Source: Podarcis liolepis
Taxonomy: Eukaryota
Assembly (NCBI GenBank): GCA_965112155.1
Contig: OZ218098.1
DNA length: 64,000 nt
Direction: 5' to 3' (one strand)
The translations under genes and the position numbers were made by a program. A model generated the notes under the pieces. That model was not told where the DNA came from, did not search any database, and worked only from the letters and a program-made list of their open reading frames with translations. Below, one piece after another: positions 13,491 through 23,508 of the stretch (its first letter is position 1; each line of letters opens with the position of its first letter).

Positions 13491-13837
13491 TGCCTCACAC
13501 TTCTCACCGCATCGGCTCGGTGCCCACCAGACGACTGCCCTGCTGATGCCACCCCTGGAAGCTGGCATCTCTACGCACGGCAAGAGAAAAATCCAGCGTG
13601 GACTAAAAAAGGACATTTTCTTTTCTTTCCCTTTGAATATGTAGCTTTGTATATAGCTTTGTGGGAGGTACCCCAGGTATTAGAAGAAGAAGGTATTAGG
13701 AAATAGATACATCCCTGTGCCCAAATGATGCAGGTAGGGCTGTGGGGGGACATGGTTTTGGCCAGGATGGTAGTCTTCTGATTTCTGGCCATCGCCGCGC
13801 CCACACAACTTAAGGTAACCCAGCGGCTAATGAGAGA

Positions 13838-14290
13838 ATGGGGTGCCCGCAACACGCAGAAATGGAAGCCTATTCTGCAAACCGAACCAATTGCACGGTC
13901 TGCACTCTGGGACCAACAGATGCTTTGGAAGGAATACCAATCCTCCCTGTGCCTTGGAATGAGTCCTCAGTTACGGCCCCGATTTTGGGTTCCGCCGGAT
14001 TTTGGGCTGCGTTAAATTTGACAGAAGGAGCCTGTGGCTTTAACATCTCTGACCATGGTGTAGCTATTCGGCACCTGGCAACAGAGAGAAGGTAGCCCAT
14101 GTTCCTGTCCCAACCTGGAACGGATGGGACATGTCTTGGTTGACTGAGTGGCTTCCAAACCTTGGGTGGCTTAGAGGACTTGTAATGGTGTTAACGGACT
14201 AATCTTGCTTCTTTTCTGCTCCTGTATACCCTGCTTAACGCAATGCCTGTAAAATATGATGCGTAAAATGATGTCACGAATGATTCGGCC
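13838..14290 (+). pseudogene. env: ERV env remnant: SU CxxC region fused to the TM C-terminus
   Basis: NRTNCTVC...GIPILPVPWN (gamma-type SU CxxC). Then ACGFNISDHGVAI and, after a frameshift, KVAHVPVPTWNGWD...WLPNLGWL and a hydrophobic LLLFCSCIPCL, resembling ERV3/HERV-E-type TM. Confidence 0.7.
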
Positions 14291-14353
14291 CCAGATTATA
14301 GCACTGACGTGAGAATACCAGCCAGTGCCTTGGGACGAGCCATAAGGCTGTCC

Positions 14354-14370
14354 AAAAGAAGAGGAGGGAA
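14354..14370 (+). promoter_or_regulatory. Polypurine tract
   Basis: AAAAGAAGAGGAGGGAA directly abuts the 3' LTR TG. Confidence 0.9.
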
Positions 14371-14992
14371 TGAAGGAATGGGTTTCCCAAACCCCAAAAC
14401 TGGCTGTGCAGGCAGTTTCTAAACTGCACCAAAATCCCCATTTCTCCTTAGCTAAAATGCATAAACTTTAGCCGTTGAACAAATGCAAAACAAGAACACA
14501 GCTCTCTACCTTATCAGTTTGACGGCAAGGCTGGCCTTGACTTTACCAGTAGAACAGACACAGGCATATCTTATGTCCTGGCCACAAATGACGCAGAGAC
14601 CCAAGTCTGGGACTAACGCCAGAGCATGTTCTCGGAAGTAGTGACCTCTTGCTCCAAGATAGGAGTAGGAACAGGAATATCCTTTTATGGTCAGGAGTGC
14701 AGGAAGGAAATCCCTTTTATGGTTGAGAGTACCAGAGCAGGAACATATGTGATGTCAACCTACGTATACAAGCTGACGTGGTTGGAAGGTGGGGGAGGGT
14801 GCCTGGAGGATATATATACTGCATGAAACTTGTCATTTCTTTGGACTTGCTGTGGACTCACCACGCAAGTGCCTTCTGCTATCCGGAGAGCAGAATAAAC
14901 TCTTTCTTTGAACCAACTCGGTGTCATTTTGACTTCCTTCCTCCTGTCACGGAGCAATGCAGACCCAATCGGTGAACTCCAATAAGGCTACA
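14371..14992 (+). repeat. 3' LTR
   Basis: Copy of 7950-8571 at a constant offset of 6421. Preceded by the PPT and followed by the TSD. Confidence 0.95.
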
Positions 14993-15325
14993 CTCACATT
15001 TCTATATATATATATTTAAAGGTAGAGGAAAAGAAACTGAATATATGCACAGGGGTAATCCCTGGGGTTCTGTAGCTAGCATAGAGTTCTCAAACTATCA
15101 GTACTTTCCACGCCTTTGTCCTCCTTCATTTAATTATGCTTCTGTTGAATAATGGAAAGAAGCAGTTGGACTAGGACATCCCAGTTGGGAACAAGTATGT
15201 TTAGGGTTCTGAATAGCTAGATCCTATGAGTGGTAGCACTCTTATTCTTATTATAAAGTATATGAGTGGATATTTTAAAATTATTATTATTATTCATAAA
15301 AGCCCAGTCCAAACTTGTTTATAAA

Positions 15326-15351
15326 GTGTGTGTGTGTGTGTGTGTGTGTGT
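15326..15351 (+). repeat. (GT)n microsatellite
   Basis: Seen directly. Confidence 0.95.
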
Positions 15352-17005
15352 AAGAATATTTGAAGGGGAAATGTAGTAAAATAATAAATATGCAAAAGCC
15401 CATGTAATTAAGCATTCATGAAAGCAAAATTACTTAATCGAATGCTGGTGCTCAGGAGGAAACTTGCACAAAAAACATTTGATAACAATGAATCTTTTTC
15501 CAGTTGGAGAAAAAAATCTGATAGTCTCTCCATAGATTCCCTGTTTCTCTCCTTGACCTTTTCCTATTAAGTAACAGAGATGCGGGGGTTTCTTTGGGAG
15601 GGAAGAAAGCTTTGTTTCCTACTCTTAGCAGTCCTTGTTACACACTAACAGAATCATGGCAGCTGGGGATCTAACTGAAACATTTTCTGTGAATGGTAAA
15701 GTAGGATGGGATGACAGCCATAGTAAAGTTCCTCACATGACATGCTTTCAAGCACAGTGTAAGGAGTAATGGAGAGGACGTGGACCTTCTTAGATGCATT
15801 GGCTGCAAACCATTTACAGCCAACTTCAACCAACTGAGCATTCTCCTTGGGGGAAAAAGTCAAGGTGAAGCTACTAGGTATACCAAGAGATAGGAAGGTG
15901 CTACCACTGCATATCTTTCTTACTCTTATTCTGGCCTCACGTAAGAGGCACAGGAACGGGAGGAATCCCCATATCCACTGTCAAGAAGATGTGTGAAGGG
16001 AAACAAGGAAGCATTGCTCTATGCATCCTAGCTAAGTATTCATGTTTCTGTTGCAAACAAAAATATCAAGCATCTGTCACAACAAAATAGCAGATCTGGA
16101 AAACTTTGTGGTTTTTGCAGTTTTAATTTATCTAGAGAAAGTACTAGGTTTTGGGTGCTTGGGGCTATTGCTTTGGGGAACTGAGGTTTGCTCTAAGCAT
16201 CAGCATTGCTTGCCTAAGGGGTTCCTTGCTAATTGTCTGCCTTTGTAAATAAACAAGATGCTGCAACAGGCCTGAAAAGCTCCTCTGGACGTTCTTGCTC
16301 AGGCTTGGCCAACCGGATGCCCTTCTGAGATTGTTGGACTACAACTCCCATCATCTCTGACCATTGCTCATGCTGGCTGGGGCTGATGGAAGCTATAGTC
16401 TAGCAACATTGTGAGGGCATCTGGTTGGGAAAGGCTCACTATTCAGGAGAGGCATGAAAATCAAGATGGTAGGGTGATCAATCTGAGTATTTATAAACTC
16501 TTCCCCATTCAAGAACATAATTTGTTCTTTAATCTAATGTATAACCCCGCTCAAAGAATGGATACCAATGAAATATCAGACAATGCAGTCACAGTTGTGG
16601 CCCAAACTACTTCTTTATTTATTGTCACAATAAAACAAAATTGTTGTAGTGGAGAAGTGCATACAGTACCTGTTATTAAAACTGCCTCTAAGGATATTTT
16701 CCCATGAAAGTGGAAAGCTACTGAAATATATTTTCAGTTCTTCCCATTCCCTGGATGCTCATCTGTGAAGCTGGGAAATATAACATTTCATTTGCCCCTG
16801 GAGAAATCTTTCACACACATTACATTCATATATAGAGCCGTCTCAAATCCTCCCCAAGCTTCAAAATCTACAAAATCCCAAAGCATTTTCTTAAAGCGAA
16901 CTGAAAAGAAGAAACAGTTTCTAAAATAGCAATGGAAAGAATGTTAATTTCTTTTAAATATATATTTAGAGAGAGAGAGAGAACAAAATGAAACTTGAGG
17001 GGAAA

Positions 17006-17153
17006 NNNNNNNNNNNNNNNNNNNNNNNNNNNNNNNNNNNNNNNNNNNNNNNNNNNNNNNNNNNNNNNNNNNNNNNNNNNNNNNNNNNNNNNNNNNNNNN
17101 NNNNNNNNNNNNNNNNNNNNNNNNNNNNNNNNNNNNNNNNNNNNNNNNNNNNN
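17006..17153. other. Assembly gap (148 N), possibly hiding the NRXN3 SS3 microexon
   Basis: Run of N seen directly. The microexon location is inference only. Confidence 0.95.
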
Positions 17154-20100
17154 CATTTTATATTTATATACATTCTGTACAAACTTAGGAATGGCTGCAT
17201 AGCTACAGTATATTCTACAGAAATATCAGAACCATGTATCTAACCCAGAACTGCGTGTATGTCTCTGTGCATATGAGTGTATGTATGTGCAAAAGAAAAG
17301 AAAAAAGAACAGAACAGAAAAAGAGAGAGAGAGAGAAAGAAAAATATATACTAGATACCACTATGTGGCAAGTCGGGAAAAGAGTGCATTGAATATTATC
17401 TAGTGATTCTAATCAATAACTGCTAATTAAAAATAGCTGGTATGTCACTTAGGAACATATATTCCCCTTCAAAATGCCAATCTTTTCCCCATTACATATA
17501 AATATATATATATTTTAAAAACCTTCTAGGATTCTTTTAAGAAGGGCAACCTTTACACTGCTTTTTTTGAATTACGCATGTGTCACTGCATAAATACAAC
17601 ACCTACCCGACAGTATACCTAGAGTTCTGGCTTGGAAAAATCTGCTGGTGCAATACTTAACCCTTTCCACCACTGCTAAGAACAGGTCTGTTCCTTTTGC
17701 AATAACCCAAAATTCTTTGGGAGAAAAAAAAATGTGTGTCATCACTGTTCTCCAAGATGAGGAAAGGATTAACATACTGCCCCTTGTTCCCTGTCATAAA
17801 ATGGCCACTTGCAAACAGCTAACCGCACGAACGCCCAGCCCAGATTTCAGTTCAGTTTGGAGGATTGGGGTATTTTTTTTATTTGGGGTGGGGGGCAGTT
17901 GCTACAAAGACAGACAGACAGCCAGTTCTTCAGAGCCCTGTCTCACCTTTCTGTCTGAATGTTAGGACTGAATGATGCACCTACAACATTCAGGAAGAAG
18001 GTGAAATAAGCAGTGCAGAGGCAGGTCTGGTAATCTTTGCCAACTCTATATGCTTCACTCAGATGTTTCAGATAGTACAAATGGATAAAAACAAAGAAGG
18101 AAAAAGAACCAAGGTAATCCTGAAAACATGTTTTGCTTTTGGTAAAGTATCCCAAAGGCTGTGTACACATGAGCAGCTTAAACTGCAGCTAGGTCACTCT
18201 TTTTCTGAATTCAAATTGAAGCTGGTTTTGTGGGAAATGTGTTAAAATGTAGGCTATATTAATAAAAAAAACAGGATGCAGGACAGATAGTGAATTTGAC
18301 TGGAGGGCTCTTAATTCTTAAGGTCACGAGCCACAGTTTCACAGTCCCAGCAATCCAGACTATATCATGTTATGTGTGGTATGTATATATAATGTTGGAT
18401 AGTCAGAAACTTGGACAGTGGAGGATGTTGTATGTTTCAAGAACGCATGAAATAGAGTGGATGGTGTTACCTACTCTGTGCTTAGGGGAACAACTTAATA
18501 CCCAATGAAAAGGACAGTCCTTCATATTAATGAGGAAAAAAATGTATTTTTATTTTTTATTTTGGAAAAAGGTGGGAGGAAAAGATGACAAGGAATCTGA
18601 GTGATCAGGAATAAACCAATCAGGAGCAGTGAAGCTGTAGAGAGTCTGTTTCCCAGCAGAACTTCTCATAAGAAAATATGGGTTTGGTTTCGTGCGATTA
18701 GGTTTGTCATGTGTCGTCAACCGCAACAGAAAAGTGGGAGCAAACAGTCCTTGAGCATTTGGTACGATCACCACACAGAGGTGGCTATATCCCTTTTGCA
18801 GATGTGTGCTGGTGGCGTGAGATATCAACATAGATAAAAGCTGCTTCTATAAACAAAAATCTTCCCAAAGCTGGGGGAGAGGAGGAGGATGGGAAGGAGA
18901 GAGAGAGAGATTATCTCAAATGGCTGTGCTTGGACATCCAGCTAAATAAAACTTTAGTGCGGTAAGAATGAATTTGGGAAAGCCTTAGGCTTGTATACAC
19001 AGTTTAGCAGTTTAACACCTGAATCCTAACTGTTGTTAATCTTAACTATGGTTAGTTAAAACAATTCAGCTATGGTTCGTTAAAACAATTCAGGTTCAGA
19101 AACCATAGTCTGAAGCTGGCCTGTTTCACATAAACCATAATTAACCACATTTTGCTAGGTTTGGACAAGATGAGAAGCTAGAGTTGATCTAAAATTGAAG
19201 CGGAAACTTCCAAACTCTTCTTCATGCCTGTGCAGGAAGTGGGGGCAGGGAGAATACAACACCCTGAGGCCGCCTTTGTTTTCATCATGCTAAGCTATGG
19301 TTTAACATGATGCCTGAACTAAGCCAATGTTACGGTTATTAAAAATGGGTTTTAAACTGGAGTACAAAGAATAGGCTGATAACACATTAATTCCATTTAA
19401 GGAACTTGTTTGAAGTTGCAGAAACTGCTTAGGATTCCCTCACCAACTGTTCTGTTATTATCAGCCTTTTCCTACCTCTTTTGGGTATTATGAACAGATT
19501 TATTTGTTTAAGTCTGACATTCTGTCCCTAGCTGTCATTCCTGATTGTCTGCAAAATGGAGCAAGCGCAACTTGCCCTTCCATTCTTTGGGATTCTCTGG
19601 TCATTCTTCGTTGCAATTTCCATTGTTTGCTCTGACTTATAAAACATCTCTGTTAGGTTTGTACAACTGAGATTATACCTATCAAGGTGTGCTATTAGCA
19701 AAAGTGACAGCGCAGAGGGAGGTGGCGGCATACACAAATTAAGAGATGGATGTCAGCAAAAATTTTGATATTACAAATGTTATCAATTCTATTATAATTT
19801 TTATAATAAGTAGCCACATAAGACTTCCTTCGGGGAAATGAAGGAACATACATCATAGTGCTTCAGCAGAGAAGATAGCTGGCCCATGAATCAATCAAGC
19901 TTGGAGATATATATATATGAAAGAAACATAAATGAATGGCTGTCAAATCCAAGGTGTCACTAGTATTGCTCAAAAGGATGGTGCTTAGCACAGTGTGAGA
20001 TTGGGAGGTGGAGATGACTGACCACACTTCCCTGAAGGAGTCAAGACAAGCTGGCCATAGGTCCTGCCCCATGGCAGAAGCTTGACCGCAGTCCAGCAGG

Positions 20101-20565
20101 AGGGAAAGTATGGGAGGAGGGATGGAGAAGTTGAATGATCTTAAAACATGGGCCCGTGGCAGTACTGCAGTGCCAGTCAACCAAACCAGAATGCTGAATA
20201 TGAAGGTGGCTGTTTCTTCACGAGCGGCCATTCCTCATTCTCTCAGCACATTCTTTAACCTGCAGGGTTAAATCTGGGGCATGTGGCTCACTGAAGTCTC
20301 TCTCTTTCTCTCCTCCCCTCCTTCTTCACCTCCTCCCTCCCTTCTCCTCCTCCTCCTCTTCTTTCTCAACAGAGAAGTGAGATCTCTCATATTTGGTTAT
20401 CTACTCTTTACACAGTCAAGGGTCCAATATGTTGTGAGGTGTGTTGTTAAGACAGAAAGAATGCTGCCCAAAGCTCCCATTTTGGGAAAGTCTAACTACT
20501 CCTTAAGTAAGCAACATATAGATACAAGAGACTCTCTTCCCCCCTCTCCTCCAAATCAACCTAAC

Positions 20566-20757
20566 CTTCCTCTCGGTTTTTGTTTTTGCTCAAAGGTGTG
20601 GTGCAGGTGAGAAGGATATGCCAGCCCTTGCAGGCTGCTCTGTACACTCTGTTCGAAGGGCTGTTTGCTGTGCGGGCCGCAGGCTTCAGGCCTTTGAAGG
20701 GTTGAATACCATCTTTTGATATACCATGACGGATGGGGTGTAAAGAAGCTTTTACGA
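20566..20757 (-). other. Candidate unannotated NRXN3 alternative exon at the SS3 position (192 nt, phase 1 to 1; read-through stop at 20563-20561 if used as a terminal exon)
   Basis: Acceptor-like ttttctgtgatctctttatgctgtgtatccaag|TC and donor-like GAAG|gttagg. Open in the frame dictated by the upstream exon (VVKASLHPIRHG...KNKNREE). No transcript evidence is available. Confidence 0.3.
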
Positions 20758-23304
20758 CTTGGATACACAGCATAAAGAGATCACAGAAAAGACCTTAATA
20801 AACAGACAACCTTTTAAGAGAAACCAAATGGAATTAAAATGTGAGGGGGACGGGGAGCAAGCACAAGAATATTTTATACCATTCAAAACAGTCTTTGCCA
20901 ATATGTATTTATGGCACATCAGATTATTCATATTCCAGCTATGTGATTTCCAGATTGGGTTTTTTTTACTTACTTGTAGTTTTTGACCATCTGTTAATTA
21001 TGAGCAAGGCTACATCTATGATGTAGAACCTGTTGTGGCTCTTCAGATTTTGCTGGACTTCCAACTCCCGTCCATCCCAGCCAGTACGGCCAATGGTCTG
21101 GGATGATAGGAGCTATAGTTCAATGGCATCCTGACTCAAAAACTTCTCAGAACTCTCTACATCATAATTACATCATAACGGTCCAAAGAACTATAATCCA
21201 AAGTATTGGTGTTTGAACTACCTGAGATAGTATACTCTGTTCTTTTTTAGAAGGTCTAATATTTTACTTGTGTCTTCAAATCTACTGTATTTTTGGCTAT
21301 TTATTATGGAGGAGTATTTGTTTCAGAACCCAATTGATATATGAAACCTTTGCAGATCTTCACTACTGCATAATTTAGCTAATGCTCTGGAAGTCACCTT
21401 CAGAGTCCTGCTAGACTGAAGCTCCTTTCCTGCAGCAAAGCTAGAGTGATGCTGCAGTTATAGCAGGTAAGAAAAGAGACCTGAAGTTTTGGCTTATTAG
21501 AGCTTCTTTGTCCACAAAACTTCAGACAGAAGTCTCCGTTAGGATTTTTCATGCAGTGCATTTTAACATGAAATCTTAACTAAAAGTCTGCACAATACAT
21601 TCCTACATTGAGACCATCTCCAACCATGTTGAATGAGAAGTACTGAAATAAATATGTGTGCATCCACTACCAACTCCTGTTCCTAACCCTCCCCCCTGCA
21701 AATTTCCATTATGTCTGAAGCTTTTTTAGATGAGTAAGATCATGTAAGACTACTCTCAAACAACTTGTATACATTCATGAGCTTGTGAAATTGTTAGGGA
21801 AGTCCTGAGAGGAGGACTGAAGGTTAAGCACTGGCATCTCAGTCAGTTGCATTGTGAGGCTGGGTTTCCTTTTATGAGCAATGGTGACCTCACACAATAT
21901 CACAATTGCCAAGCTATGACCTGATCAACAGAAAAGCTTATAGTGGTTATGAACATAGTAACATCTGGGGTTTTAAGACAGCCTCTCAAGTGAGGCCCTC
22001 AGAGCATGCAGCAGCAGCAACATCCACAGCTATGGCTTGTGACTTCTCTTTGAGGCAGGCAAGTATAATCAACAAGATGTAAGCATTTTCACTTTCCATT
22101 AGTGACAGAGGAAAGAATATTGCCTATGCCAGGCCCTCCATCTCTTAATAATTGCTACCTTCTGCCAATGGCAGAAAATGAAGGCATTTGTTTTCTGGGA
22201 AACAAAAATGAAGCTTTTTGATTTCTAGAAAACACTTTATATGAATATGAAATATCATCAGCAAATGGACTGAGAAAAGGGCACAGAGGTTGCCTGGTTA
22301 CAGCAGTGTCAGAGGAGAAAGCAGCAACATACTGAAATTTTCCTTTCAGTGCTTTAGAGTGGATGACACTGAAGGAACAGGGGGCCTTTGAGCCCAGAGG
22401 AGTGAACAGAGGTGGCCCACGTCTCCTGTGCTCCTTGTATTGTTTGGGGACTGGGGGTATTTTTTTTATGAGCAAACGCAGTATATTGTTCATTGTTTTG
22501 GGGGCTGGATGTAAAAAGGTGCTACAAATCATTCTAATGCGATTTAATACAAGCATGCAAATATTAGGGGAAAGGATTAACACCCCCCTGTTCTGCAATC
22601 CAAATAAGTTCCTTATCTAAAATTGTTTACATGCATACCTTGTCTTGGGTAGGTGGGTGGCAGGCAATCTCTCTGAATATATTCCTCCATTTAATTAGCA
22701 CGTATTCATTTATATCTGAAATTCATTCCCTAGTTGTCAGCTTATTTTTTAAAAAATGTTGTACAATATTTGGTAGCATAAGTCCTGAAAATTAACAACC
22801 CTACTTCCTATATGAACCTAAAAGTCATTGGACGATAAGAGGAATGCTTGAAATATAAAACACTGGCTTCTTAAAAACACTGTAGCTATATAGACCCTTC
22901 CCTTTATGCCTTTGTCATTTTTTGTCAAACACTTTTGACTGTTTTGAATAGTAATAGAGAGGCTGGATCAAATGAGGATGTGATTGATCAAAAGATGGAC
23001 TGAATAGCATGTCTTACATAAAGCTAACCAGTTCAGGAACAAGAAAGGAAACTTAAAAAACAAAAAACAGACTTAAAAATCACATTACCCATAACCAGGA
23101 ATTAACATAAAATCACCATGCAATGGTCACTGGAGAATTTATTTCTCCATCATTAATACTGTTACAGAATACATCAGCGACTACTTATAATTCAGTTAAA
23201 CCAAACGGGGGGGTGGGAGCAGGGAAGGGGGAGACGGACAAGAAAACAAAACAAGCTCAAAACTGAAAGCCGGGGGGTGGAGGGGGGCAATCTCTGTACA
23301 ATAC

Positions 23305-23508
23305 CTAGATTGACCATGAGTTTGACACGGCCTCCATCCAGCTCTAGCCGCAAGGTATCGGCTGAATCACGGGATGTGGTGGCCATCAGGAGCCCGTAAG
23401 CCCGCTGAGACATAAAGCGGAAGGACACATCCTCTGCCTCTGTGTGCATGACCATCGGCATAATGATCTTCATGTACATGCTACCATCATAACTCAGAAT
23501 CGATGCCT
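23305..23508 (-). CDS. NRXN3: Neurexin-3-alpha internal coding exon (204 nt, phase 1 to 1): N-terminal half of LNS4, immediately before splice site SS3
   Basis: (E)[67 protein letters not shown]. Acceptor ttgttttttcag|AG; donor CTAG|gtattg. Confidence 0.97.

Larger units (their letters stand above)
7950..14992 (+). mobile_element. Non-autonomous class I (gamma-like/ERV1) endogenous retrovirus, full provirus, antisense to NRXN3
   Basis: Two 622-bp TG...CA LTRs, 4-bp TSD CTCA (7946-7949 and 14993-14996), tRNA-Gly PBS, PPT, and gag/pol/env remnants in the correct order. Confidence 0.95.

Noticed and set aside
23192-23304. ORF continuing past the LNS4 exon ([11 protein letters not shown]...)
   Set aside because: Simple read-through of a canonical donor into the intron, with no neurexin homology.
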